Below are positions 9,208-17,956 of a DNA stretch of 22,903 bases, in pieces; within the stretch, counting starts at the first letter, position 1; every line of letters begins with the position of its first letter. Position numbers and translations under genes: made by a program. The notes beneath the pieces are model-generated. The model was not told the DNA's origin and ran no database searches. It worked only from the letters and a program-made list of their open reading frames with translations. This stretch comes from Deltaproteobacteria bacterium (GTDB lineage Bacteria > Myxococcota > JACRCW01), in assembly GCA_016218805.1 (NCBI GenBank), contig JACRCW010000039.1, positions 62,001-84,903 on the forward strand, in the 5' to 3' direction.

Positions 9208-10196
9208 GCGGCCGCTCCCGCGCGCGGGTGCCAGCAGGCCGCCGAGTGGCCCGCTGCAACCTCCGCCAGGTCCGGCGCGGCGGCGTGACACCGGTCATCC
9301 GCCGCATCACACCGGGGGGCAAACGCGCACCCGCCGGTGCCCCGGTCCGCCGGGCCCGGGACCGCACCGGGAAGCACGGGAAGGCGGGCGCCGGCACCCG
9401 CCCCGGGCGGGCGCAGGGACCAGGAGCACGCCTGCAGGCCGTGCGCATAGGGATGGCGCGGCCAACCGACGACGGCGGACGCCGGGCCTTCCTCCACGAT
9501 CCGGCCCGCGTACATGACGGCGACCCGGGAGGCCCGCGTTGCCAGCAGGCCGAGATCATGGCTGACCAGCAGCACGCCCAGGCCCGCTTCCAGGCGCAGC
9601 CGGTCCAGGACGCCCAGGACTTCGGCGGCGGTGCTGGCGTCCAGCGCGGTGGTGGGCTCGTCCGCCAGCAGGAATGACGCCCCGCACAGCAGCGCCAGCG
9701 CGATGAGCACCCGCTGGCGCATGCCGCCGCTGAGCTGGTGCGGGTAGGAACGCAGCACGCGTGCGGGGTTGTCCAGCCCCACCCGCCCCAGCAGGTCTGC
9801 CATGCGGCCCTGGTCCACGGGGAGGCCGTGCGCGCGCTGCGCGTCCGCCGCCAGCGTGCCCGCCGTCAGCACCGGGTTGAGCGCGGACTGCGGCTCCTGG
9901 AACACCATGGCCACGCGGCGGCCCCGGGCGGTGCGCCACGCGGCCTGGCCACCCGCCAGCAGGTCCACGCCGTCCAGCCGGACGGTGCCGGATGCGGTGC
10001 GCGCGCCGGCGGGCAGCAGACCCATCACCGCCAATACGGCCAGGCTCTTCCCGCTCCCGCTCTCGCCGGCCAGCCCCAACATGTCACCGGGGTGCAAACA
10101 GAAGGAGATGCCGTCCACGGCGGGTATCCAGCCGCGCGGGGTGCGGACCTCCACGCGCAGGTTCTCCACTTGCAGCGCGGCGTCAGGGTTTGTCAC
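9204..10196 (-). CDS. Oligopeptide/dipeptide ABC transporter ATP-binding subunit (OppD/DppD type)
   Basis: GESGSGKS, MVFQEPQSALNP, YPHQLSGGMRQR, ADEPTTALD, SHD, VMYAG, HPY, C-terminal Cys motif. Start overlaps the upstream gene by 14 nt. Confidence 0.93.
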   Translation of the reverse strand: MTNPDAALQVENLRVEVRTPRGWIPAVDGISFCLHPGDMLGLAGESGSGKSLAVLAVMGLLPAGARTASGTVRLDGVDLLAGGQAAWRTARGRRVAMVFQEPQSALNPVLTAGTLAADAQRAHGLPVDQGRMADLLGRVGLDNPARVLRSYPHQLSGGMRQRVLIALALLCGASFLLADEPTTALDASTAAEVLGVLDRLRLEAGLGVLLVSHDLGLLATRASRVAVMYAGRIVEEGPASAVVGWPRHPYAHGLQACSWSLRPPGAGAGARLPVLPGAVPGPADRGTGGCAFAPRCDAADDRCHAAAPDLAEVAAGHSAACWHPRAGAAA

Positions 10197-13100
10197 TGGG
10201 CGTAGGCGGCTTGGACAGCGCCTGGCGGACCTCGTCCTCGCTGAGCAGGCCCTTCTTGACGAACAGCTTGGCCAGGTTCACCACCCCGGCCGCGTCAAGG
10301 TTGGCGTCCGCCAGCGCGCCCTGTGCCGGGGGCGGCGGGGCGGCGGGCAGCGGCGGTAGCGCGCCTCCCGGCGGAGTGGTGGGCCCCGCCGTCTCCACCG
10401 GCGCGTCCCCCAGCGGCACGGCCGTGTTGACCAGCGCGAACTCAGAGGAGTCCAAGACGGGCGGCTCCAGGACGTCAGGCGCGGTGGGCAGGGGCGGCAG
10501 GGACGCGGCAGGGACCTCAGCCGGGCTGGCCACGGGAGGCGGCTCCACCGGGGGCGGGGGGAGTTCCGCCGGAAGGACGGGAGCAGCCGGTGGCGGTTCC
10601 GGCGGCGGCGCGGGCGGCGGCGGAACCTGGGCGGCCGGGTCCGTGTTCAACAGGTCTCCCACGTCCCAGGATGGCAGGTCCGCGTCCTGCGCCACAGGCA
10701 CAACGGGCGCAGCCGCGGCGGGTTCAGGCGGCAGCGCGGACGCCTCGGCGGCCGGTGCAGGAGCCGGCGGGGGTTCGGGCATGGGCGGGATTTCCGGCGT
10801 CAACGCGGCTTCGGGCGCCGGCGGGAGGTCGGGTAGCGGCGGTGGGGCTTCGAGCGCGGGAGTGGCCGGGAGGGCCAGCGGGGCTTCCGCCGCGGGCGGG
10901 GGCACCGGCACAGGCAAAATGTCGGCCGGTGGTGGCGGCAACGCGTCGGGCGCGGGGGCCTCGGGAGCGGCGGCGGCAACCGGCGCAGGCGGCGCGTCAG
11001 GCGGAGGGGGCGGTTCCACGGCCACTGAAGGCGGAATGGGCGTGGGCGGGATGGAGGCGTCCACCGCGACGTCCCACCCCTCGCCCTCGGCCGCGCCAGC
11101 CTGGCCGGCACCGCCGTCCGGAACGGTTGCGAAACGCCCGGATTTCTCCAGCGACGGATCAAACGCATTGGAGAGGTTGGCGAACTCCGTCATCAGCATG
11201 CGCGGACCGCCGGGCAGGTCAACCGGCCTGCCGGACACATCGCCCACGGCGGCCGCAGGCGCGGCGGCCTCCGGAGCGACCGGCGGCGCGGGGGCCACTG
11301 CGGCCGGAGGGGGCACTTCCGACGTGACGGCTGGCTCGGCGGGCGCCGCCGTGGACTGGGGACCGGGTGCTGGCGGCGCCTCGGGCTCGGGTGCTGGCGG
11401 CGGCGGGGCGGCGGGGGCGGCGGCGGTTGCGCCCCAGTCAACCTGGCCAGCCAGGGCGTCCGTCCACCCCTGCACTGCGTCCTGGGCTTCGGGCGCTGGC
11501 GGCGCAACGGGGGCCGGCGGCGTCTCCACGGAGGGCGGAGGAGGGGCATGTGGTGGGGGCACCTCGGCGGCGGGTGCCGGGGGCGGTGGCAGCGCCGGGG
11601 CCTCGGGCATCGGCGGCAGGTCCCAGGACGGGGCGGCCACGGCGGCCGGCTCAGAGGCGGGCGGAGCGGGGGCCACGGCGGGGGTCGCGTCCACGGCGCC
11701 CCAGTCGGGCGTGGCGTCAACCTCGGGCAGATCCCATCCGGGGGCGGCCTCCGCAGCCGCAGCGGGTGGTGCCGCGGGCTCAGCCGGGGACGCCGGGGGC
11801 GGGGCCTGCTCCGCCCGGGGCGGTGCGGCCGGGGGCGGAGGCGCGGCGGGTGGCGCCGGCGCCACCGGGGCGGCCACGGCGGGGGGCGCCGCGTCCCACG
11901 CAGGCGTCACGACGGGGACCTCCGGTCCGGGTGCTCCCCACGCGAGCGGGGTGGCATCCCACGCCGGTGGAGGCGCGGCGTCTGCGACGGGAGGCGGCGG
12001 CTCCGCCGGTGGGGGGGGCAGCCGCGAGGGCGGCGTGAAGGCGAGATCGAGCGGGGCGTCCTCGACGTTCTGGAACTCGATTTCGCCGGCGACACCGCGC
12101 GTGGTCTCCGCCTCCGTGGCCCAGGAACTGCCGGGCGTCACACCCGCGTTGACCTGCGCCGCCTGGGAGATGAAGTCCGAGGCTGACGCCAGCTCCAGCT
12201 CCCCGCCGTCGTCCGGCGGCAACTCCAGGGCCTCGCGGATGACCGGCGTGGCAGCGGGCGGCGGAGGCGCCATGGGAGGCGGCGGAGGCGCCACCACGGC
12301 AGGCGGCGGTGGGGGCGCCGCCACCACGGGAGGCGGGGGGGGCGGCGCCATCACCGGGGGAGGCGGTGCCGGCGGTGGAGGGAAGGAACTGTCCACCGCC
12401 GCATCCCAGGACGGAGTGGCCAGGTCAAAGCCCGGCGTGGGCGCGGCAGCGGCGGCGGGAACTGGAAGCGAAACAGGGGCCGACGGCGTGGGAGCCGCGG
12501 GAAAGGGCGGGGAAAACGCACTGGCGACTGGAACTGCGGGCGCCGGCGGTGCCGGCGGCAGGGCGCCGAAGGGAGTACCCGGGCCGACCATCATGGCGGG
12601 CGGCATGGCGCTGGGGGGCGGGACGGGCGCCCGGACGGGCGCCGGTGGCGGTGTCGCCGCCACGCCGGGCATTGGCACGGCGCCCCAACCAGGAGGCAAC
12701 TCGGCAGCGGGTCCCCAGGACGGGGACGGCGGTGGCGGCGGCGGTGGTGGTGGCGGTGCTGCAGCGGCGTCGTCGTCGCCCAGACCCAGCATTCCCCCGG
12801 CAGGCGCGAACATGGCCGCCCGCGGGTCCTGGACCGGCAGCTGCCGGGCGGGCGTGACGGCGGGGGCCCAGGCCGGCGGCGCGGCAGGCGTGACGGGCGG
12901 CGCCCAAGCTGGCGGCGCGGCAGACGCGGGTGGCGGGGCCCAGGCCGGCGGCGCGGGGGGCGGAGCCCAGGGCGGCGCTGCGGGCGGTGGCGGACGGGCG
13001 GCAGCGGCCGCCGGAGGACCACCCAGGAACCAGTCGCCTCCGCCACCGGGCGTGGGTGCGGCGGGCGCCGGCGGGGGCGGCGCCATGAGGACCGGCGTCG

Positions 13101-13641
13101 CGGTGCCCGTGAGAACGGGAAGTTCTTCGGAAAGTTCCACCTCATGGCCGGAGAACTGGGCGGCGGTGCGCGGCGCCACCTGCTGAACCGGGCTCTCCCC
13201 CAGGTAGTACTGGCGGATGGCGCGTTCTATCGCCGTGTCCCCCGCCAACATGGGGCGCACCTTCGTGCCGGTCTTGAACTGGACGCCGTCAATGGCCTGG
13301 AGGTTGGTCGGGTCCGCCATGGCCAGGTAGAGCACGTCGCCACCGGGTTCCCGCTTGACGCCCACGGGCACCACCTGGAACTGGGTCGCCATCTCCGGCG
13401 GAATGCAGGCAATGACCTTTTCGTGGATCTTCTGCTGGGTCAGGTCCACGGTATCCAGGTTCAGTTGGCGGGACAGCGCCTTCAACATCGTGTCCTCGCC
13501 CACAAACCGTTTCTCGACGAGGATGCGCCCCAGCTTGCCGCCCCACTGGCGCTGGTGGCCCAGCGCGGACTGCAACTGGTGCTGGTCGATAACACCAGCT
13601 TCAACAAGGATTTCACCGAGCTTCTTGCGCGGTCCGGCCAT
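10183..13641 (-). CDS. MshEN (GspE/PilB N-terminal, T2SSE_N) domain protein with a very long Pro/Ala-rich linker; no ATPase domain
   Basis: N-terminal tandem motif KLGEILVEAGVIDQHQLQSALGHQ-RQWGG-KLGRILVEKRFVGEDTMLKALSRQ, then LYLAMADP. About 950 aa of low complexity. C-terminal LAKLFVKKGLLSEDEVRQAL. GGGGAG RBS. Confidence 0.88.
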   Translation of the reverse strand: MAGPRKKLGEILVEAGVIDQHQLQSALGHQRQWGGKLGRILVEKRFVGEDTMLKALSRQLNLDTVDLTQQKIHEKVIACIPPEMATQFQVVPVGVKREPGGDVLYLAMADPTNLQAIDGVQFKTGTKVRPMLAGDTAIERAIRQYYLGESPVQQVAPRTAAQFSGHEVELSEELPVLTGTATPVLMAPPPPAPAAPTPGGGGDWFLGGPPAAAAARPPPPAAPPWAPPPAPPAWAPPPASAAPPAWAPPVTPAAPPAWAPAVTPARQLPVQDPRAAMFAPAGGMLGLGDDDAAAAPPPPPPPPPPSPSWGPAAELPPGWGAVPMPGVAATPPPAPVRAPVPPPSAMPPAMMVGPGTPFGALPPAPPAPAVPVASAFSPPFPAAPTPSAPVSLPVPAAAAAPTPGFDLATPSWDAAVDSSFPPPPAPPPPVMAPPPPPPVVAAPPPPPAVVAPPPPPMAPPPPAATPVIREALELPPDDGGELELASASDFISQAAQVNAGVTPGSSWATEAETTRGVAGEIEFQNVEDAPLDLAFTPPSRLPPPPAEPPPPVADAAPPPAWDATPLAWGAPGPEVPVVTPAWDAAPPAVAAPVAPAPPAAPPPPAAPPRAEQAPPPASPAEPAAPPAAAAEAAPGWDLPEVDATPDWGAVDATPAVAPAPPASEPAAVAAPSWDLPPMPEAPALPPPPAPAAEVPPPHAPPPPSVETPPAPVAPPAPEAQDAVQGWTDALAGQVDWGATAAAPAAPPPPAPEPEAPPAPGPQSTAAPAEPAVTSEVPPPAAVAPAPPVAPEAAAPAAAVGDVSGRPVDLPGGPRMLMTEFANLSNAFDPSLEKSGRFATVPDGGAGQAGAAEGEGWDVAVDASIPPTPIPPSVAVEPPPPPDAPPAPVAAAAPEAPAPDALPPPPADILPVPVPPPAAEAPLALPATPALEAPPPLPDLPPAPEAALTPEIPPMPEPPPAPAPAAEASALPPEPAAAAPVVPVAQDADLPSWDVGDLLNTDPAAQVPPPPAPPPEPPPAAPVLPAELPPPPVEPPPVASPAEVPAASLPPLPTAPDVLEPPVLDSSEFALVNTAVPLGDAPVETAGPTTPPGGALPPLPAAPPPPAQGALADANLDAAGVVNLAKLFVKKGLLSEDEVRQALSKPPTPSDKP
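12851..12977 (-). repeat. Intragenic 36-nt imperfect tandem repeat encoding (A)PPAWAP units
   Basis: GCCCA(G/A)GC(C/T)GGCGGCGCGG starts at 12866, 12902 and 12938 (period 36), with a fourth degenerate copy at 12965. Confidence 0.75.
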
Positions 13642-13654
13642 CTGTCTCCCCGAT

Positions 13655-13701
13655 CACCCCGGGCGTCCTGCCAAGCCGTACCATCCTGCGACGCCGGGGT
13701 G
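13655..13701 (-). promoter_or_regulatory. Imperfect inverted repeat between the two MshEN genes
   Basis: CACCCCGGGCGTC (13655-13667) and GACGCCGGGGTG (13690-13701): 12 bp with one bulge, next to the RBS of the long gene. Confidence 0.35.
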
Positions 13702-13730
13702 CGGGTCAAACGCCGCCGCCGCCGCTGGAT

Positions 13731-14519
13731 TCAGGCCCGCCGGTTCATCCAGGCGACGTATTCGTCTCGTGAGAACACGCCCTTCTCAATGAGCAACTCC
13801 AAGACGGTCTTGATGGCCTTGGTCTGGCGCTTCTGCTGTTTGTCCAGTTCTTCAGCGGGGCCGCCGGCTGGTTCCGCCATCAGCGGAGGGGCAGCGCCGG
13901 TGCCGGGCTGGCCCCAACCCGCCTGCGGCGGGGCCAGGGGTGGAGGCGGCGGGGGCGGCGGCGGGGGGGGCGGAGGGGGCGCGGCCTGCGCGGCGGGCCG
14001 GATGTCCTCCAGGCGCTTCATCATGGTGTTGCCACTGTTGCCCGTGATCTTGAATTCCTCGTCGGGGTCCTCGCGCAGCGTCTCCGCCACAAAGGTCTTG
14101 CCAATGGCGAGCGCAATGGCCTTGGCACCCGCGAGCGCCGGCATGATCTTCAGCCCGGTCCGGAACTTCAATTCATCCAGCAGCTTGACGTTGCCGGGGT
14201 CGGTCATGGCCACCTGCAGCGCGCGCTCCGGGTGGTTGTAGGCGCAGGGCAGGCAGAGGTTCTGTTCGCAGAAGCCGCGGTCCAACCGCTCCAGCACCTG
14301 TGCCGGCACCTGGATGGACTCCAGCGCGGCGCGCGGCAGGTTGAGCTGCTTGCACAGCGCCTTGATGATGATGTCCTCGGACACGTAGTTCATGTCCACG
14401 AGGATCTTCCCGAGCTTGCCACCCCACTTCTGTTGCTCGGCGAGCGCGCTCTTGAGCTGCAGCTCGTTGAGCAGGTTGGCGCGCAACAGCATTTCGCCCA
14501 ACCTCATCCGGCGTTCCAT
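13731..14519 (-). CDS. Short MshEN domain protein, paralogue of the downstream gene
   Basis: ATG 14519 with GGAGG RBS. RLGEMLLRANLLNELQLKSALAEQ-QKWGG-KLGKILVDMNYVSEDIIIKALCKQ, LQVAMTDP, a poly-Pro run, and C-terminal VLELLIEKGVFSRDEY. Confidence 0.88.
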   Translation of the reverse strand: MERRMRLGEMLLRANLLNELQLKSALAEQQKWGGKLGKILVDMNYVSEDIIIKALCKQLNLPRAALESIQVPAQVLERLDRGFCEQNLCLPCAYNHPERALQVAMTDPGNVKLLDELKFRTGLKIMPALAGAKAIALAIGKTFVAETLREDPDEEFKITGNSGNTMMKRLEDIRPAAQAAPPPPPPPPPPPPPPLAPPQAGWGQPGTGAAPPLMAEPAGGPAEELDKQQKRQTKAIKTVLELLIEKGVFSRDEYVAWMNRRA

Positions 14520-14558
14520 GCCCTGCGTGCCTCCGGCGGACAACTGCTCCAGCGCCGC

Positions 14559-14588
14559 AAGTTAGGCGGTCCCTGGCCCGGGGGGCAA
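14559..14588 (-). promoter_or_regulatory. Putative sigma70-type promoter upstream of the MshEN pair
   Basis: Minus strand reads TTGCCC-N18-TAACTT in a short, locally AT-richer intergenic gap. Confidence 0.3.
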
Positions 14589-14604
14589 CAAAACGGCGGG
14601 GCCC

Positions 14605-15372
14605 TCACGGCGCCGCCTGGGTCCCCAACGGCGCAAACAGGGACGGCGGAGGCTCAAGGCCATCCAGTTCCACCTCGGAGAACCGGACCTCCGCGGTGAG
14701 TTTCCCGGCAGCCAGCCGCAACACAGCGGCAAGATCGCGCCACGCGGGCCGCGGCTCCAGGTAGCTGACCTGTGCGCCACCCCGCGCGCCGGACAGCCGG
14801 GCCTCCCGCACCCGCGCGGCGCCGTCCACCCACAACTCCACCTCGCTGTCCGCCAGTTGCACGCGGACACACCGCAGCGCGCCGGTCTCTGGCTCCCGGC
14901 ATCCCTGGACCGCGCGGGCGGGCTCGTCTGGCAGCGGCAGTCCCAGCAGCAGCCCCACCCATTGCGAAGGAGGCAACGCCACCGGCAGCAGCGCGCCCAG
15001 CGCCTCAGGCGTGGCCGGCCCGCGCGCACCCGCGCCGGGGCGCGTGCTCCGCCACAGAAAGCGCTCCCCGTCGGTGATCACCTCGTCAGTGGGGGGACCA
15101 AAGAACCCGCGCGCAGCCACGTACAACCGCCCCGGACGCGCCGCAAAGATGTCCAGCGTGACCGACAGTCCTGGCAGCGCGGTGAAGCCCCGCGCCACCG
15201 CCACCGCATTCAGGCGCTGCATGCCCTCCACGCGGGCGCGCGCGAGCGCCAGCACTTCCAGGGGGGATCCCGCCAGCGGGGGCAGCGGGGCGGGCAGGGG
15301 GCGGGGCCCGGGACACGCCGCCCCCAGCAGGAGCAGGCAGGCAACCCCAGCGGCCCGGCGGGCGGGCGTCAT
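14605..15372 (-). CDS. Lipoprotein with probable LolA/LolB-like fold (LolB / DUF4292-like)
   Basis: Lipobox GAAC. Beta-rich segment ARPGRLYVAARGFFGPP..ITDGERF and C-terminal PPSLF resemble Lol-fold proteins. ATGA-coupled to a TPR lipoprotein gene. Confidence 0.5.
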   Translation of the reverse strand: MTPARRAAGVACLLLLGAACPGPRPLPAPLPPLAGSPLEVLALARARVEGMQRLNAVAVARGFTALPGLSVTLDIFAARPGRLYVAARGFFGPPTDEVITDGERFLWRSTRPGAGARGPATPEALGALLPVALPPSQWVGLLLGLPLPDEPARAVQGCREPETGALRCVRVQLADSEVELWVDGAARVREARLSGARGGAQVSYLEPRPAWRDLAAVLRLAAGKLTAEVRFSEVELDGLEPPPSLFAPLGTQAAP

Positions 15373-17192
15373 GGCGCCGCCACGGCCCGCGCCGCGTCTG
15401 CGGCCACCCGCCGGTCATAGGGAAGCAGGGCACGGGCCCGCGCCGCGGCCTCTTCTGCGCCCGCGCGGTCACCCTCCGCGCGGCGCGCGGACGCCACGTG
15501 CACCCAGACCTCTGCATCCAGCGGGAGCAGGCGCACCGCGCCTTCCAGCGTGCGGCGCCCCGCGGAGGTCTCACCGGCGGCCAGCTGCGCCATCCCCAGC
15601 GTGTCGGCGATTTCGGGGCTGGCGGGCTCCGCGCGCGCGGCGGCGGTGGCGTGGCGCAGGGCTTCGGCGGCCTGCGGGCCTCCCTGCAGCACCAGCAGGT
15701 ACGCCAGCAGGTTGAGCGCATCAGCATCCGCCGGCGCCAGGACCAGCCGCGCGCGCGCCGACCCGATGGCCCCGGGCAGCCGGCCCGCATCAGCCAGGAT
15801 CCGTGCGTGGTCCCGGAGCACCGCGGGGTCATCCGGGCCGGTGGCCAGCGCCGCATCCGCCAGCGCCACCGCGCGGTCTGGCGCACCCGCGTCCAGCAGG
15901 CAGCCCGCGCGCAGCAGCAGGGCCACGCCGGGCCGCGCCAGCGCATCATCCGCAAGGGAGACCGCGGCCGCACGCTCGCCCGCATCGGCCAACGCACGGC
16001 AGCGCACCGCGGCCACCTCCGCCGGCTCAGACGGCGGAGTGGGGTCCAGCGCCTTGAGCGCGGCCGCCGGATGCCCCAGCCGGACGTGGCACCGCGCCGC
16101 CGCCAGCCGCGCCGCCGGGGCGGCCCGGTGTGAGTCCGGGACCCGCGCCAACAACTCCAGCGCGCGCGCACACGCCCCGGTGGCCGCATGCGCGCTGCCC
16201 AGCACCCGCAGGCGCCACGCCTCCGTGTTGCGCGCGGGCGGTCCCAGCGCGGCCAGCACCACCTCCGCCGCCTGGGCCTCTATGAGCGCGTCCGCCACCG
16301 ACTCGGCGTCCTCTTCGTCCAGGCCGCCGTCCCGCAACAAGGTGCCCACCCGGTCCGCCAGCTGCGTGCGATCCCCCGCACGCCAGCGCGCCAGGAACAC
16401 CTCCGCGCGCAGCCCGGGTGCAAACGGGTCCAACGCCGCACAGCGTTCAAACGCGTCCGCCGCGTCCAGCGCGCGGCCCGCCCGGGCCAGGGCGCGCGCC
16501 CACGCGCTGCACGGCTCCTCGGACGCGGGGAACCGCGCCAGGACCTCCCGCGCCGCCTCCGCCGCCGCGCCGTGCTGGCCCGCGCGCGCCAGCGCCGTCG
16601 CCAGCAACAGCGCCGCCTCCTCGTCGTCCGGGCGCGCCTGCGCCACGCGCGCCTGCAGGCGCCGCGCGGCCGCCAGGTCATTGTCCGTCACCAGCATCCC
16701 CATCAGTGTGCCGGCTTCCGCCAGGCGCCGCGGCGCGCGCTCCAACAACGCCGCCAACGCCCGCCGCGCCTCCGCGCTGCGGCCACCCTGCCCCACCAGC
16801 GCCGCCGCGCGCGCGGCCAGCGCCTCCTCGGAGGCCGGGTCCGCCTTCAGCGCCGCGTCCGCAGCGTCCAGCGCCTCGCCCGGCCGCCCCTGGCCTGCCA
16901 ACGCTTCGGACAGCACGGCCCGCAGCGTCGCGCTGTCGTGGTCAAACAGCAGTGCCTCGCGCGCCGCCTTCTCCGCGGCCGCCGGATCGCCCGCGTCCAG
17001 AAGCATGCGGGCGCGCAGGTAATGGAATGAGGCTTCGCTGCTGGGGGTGGCCGCCTCACGCTCCGGGCGCGCCGGGGCGGCACGCGGCGCGGCCGCCGGG
17101 GGCAGCGCCGCATGCGCCGCACCCGCACAACCGGCCACCAGCGCCATGGCGGCCACCGCAAGCGTGCACCGGCGGAGATGGGAGGGAATCAC
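15369..17192 (-). CDS. Tetratricopeptide-repeat lipoprotein
   Basis: Lipobox VAGC. Many TPR-like helix pairs (AALKADPASEEA, ALNLLAYLL, EIADTLG, LEGAVRLLPLDAEV). GTGA overlap with the tlyA stop. Confidence 0.85.
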   Translation of the reverse strand: MIPSHLRRCTLAVAAMALVAGCAGAAHAALPPAAAPRAAPARPEREAATPSSEASFHYLRARMLLDAGDPAAAEKAAREALLFDHDSATLRAVLSEALAGQGRPGEALDAADAALKADPASEEALAARAAALVGQGGRSAEARRALAALLERAPRRLAEAGTLMGMLVTDNDLAAARRLQARVAQARPDDEEAALLLATALARAGQHGAAAEAAREVLARFPASEEPCSAWARALARAGRALDAADAFERCAALDPFAPGLRAEVFLARWRAGDRTQLADRVGTLLRDGGLDEEDAESVADALIEAQAAEVVLAALGPPARNTEAWRLRVLGSAHAATGACARALELLARVPDSHRAAPAARLAAARCHVRLGHPAAALKALDPTPPSEPAEVAAVRCRALADAGERAAAVSLADDALARPGVALLLRAGCLLDAGAPDRAVALADAALATGPDDPAVLRDHARILADAGRLPGAIGSARARLVLAPADADALNLLAYLLVLQGGPQAAEALRHATAAARAEPASPEIADTLGMAQLAAGETSAGRRTLEGAVRLLPLDAEVWVHVASARRAEGDRAGAEEAAARARALLPYDRRVAADAARAVAAP

Positions 17193-17956
17193 GCGGGCAC
17201 CTCCCAGTGCACCAGGAACTCCACGTTGCCCTTCTGGCCGGTCACCGGGCTCTCGACCACGCCGCGCTCTACCAGGCCCAGCGCCACCGCGGCCTCGCGC
17301 ACTTCACGCAGGGCGCGCTCCCGCTCTGCCGGCTCACGCACAATGCCCCCGCTGCCCACCGCGCCGCGGCCCGCTTCAAACTGCGGTTTGACCAGCGCCA
17401 CAATGTCCGCGGGCCGCGCCAGCACCCGCAGCACGTCCGGCAGCACGCGCCGCAGCGAGATGAAACTCACATCCACGCACGCGAAACCCGGCACAGGTTC
17501 CAGCGGCCCCAGGTCCTTCACGTGCGTCCGTTCCAGGTTGCGCACCCGCGGGTCACGCCGCAGCGCTTCCGCCAGCTGGCCCCAACCCACGTCCACCGCG
17601 TGGACCAGCACCGCGCCGCGCTGCAACAGCACGTCCGTGAAGCCGCCGGTGGAGGCGCCCACGTCCACCGCCACCCGCCCGGCCACCACCACCCCGAACT
17701 GGCTGAGCGCGTGGTCCAGCTTCAACCCCCCGCGGGACACCCAGCGGAGGTCTTGGCCCTTGAGGCGGATGTGCGCGGCACGCGGCACGGCGGTGCCCGG
17801 CTTGTCCACGCGGTGGTCATCCACCACCACGTCACCCGCCAGGATGCGCGCGCGCGCACGCTCCCGGCTGGGAGCGAGCCCCAACTCCACCAGCAGCACA
17901 TCCAGCCGCTGGCGGTGGCCGGCCGGCGCGGCACCGGGCTTCAGAACGCGGGCCAC
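17189..17956 (-). CDS. tlyA: TlyA family rRNA (cytidine-2'-O)-methyltransferase
   Basis: S4 domain RLDVLLVELGLAPSRERA. Motifs VSRGGLKL, DVGASTGGFTD, AVDVG, DVSFISL, LVKPQFE, GNVEFL. Start uncertain; GTG 17956 chosen because the track start at 18070 lies deep inside the upstream gene. Confidence 0.93.
   Translation of the reverse strand: MARVLKPGAAPAGHRQRLDVLLVELGLAPSRERARARILAGDVVVDDHRVDKPGTAVPRAAHIRLKGQDLRWVSRGGLKLDHALSQFGVVVAGRVAVDVGASTGGFTDVLLQRGAVLVHAVDVGWGQLAEALRRDPRVRNLERTHVKDLGPLEPVPGFACVDVSFISLRRVLPDVLRVLARPADIVALVKPQFEAGRGAVGSGGIVREPAERERALREVREAAVALGLVERGVVESPVTGQKGNVEFLVHWEVPA

Noticed and set aside
9992..13186. 1064-aa Gly/Ala-rich plus-strand ORF that looks PE-PGRS- or collagen-like
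   Set aside because: It is the antisense mirror of the Pro/Ala linker of the MshEN gene (CCN read as NGG). It has no domain or RBS of its own.
13936..13980. G-rich run suggesting a G-quadruplex or contingency tract
   Set aside because: Fully explained by poly-proline codons on the minus strand, with the frame intact.
10183..14519. Annotation as T2SS/T4P ATPase gspE/pilB
   Set aside because: No Walker A/B or ATPase domain in either protein, and no secretion or pilus genes in the window.
17189..17956. tlyA as a haemolysin/virulence factor
   Set aside because: The motifs are those of the widespread S4-FtsJ rRNA methyltransferase, and nothing here supports a toxin role.
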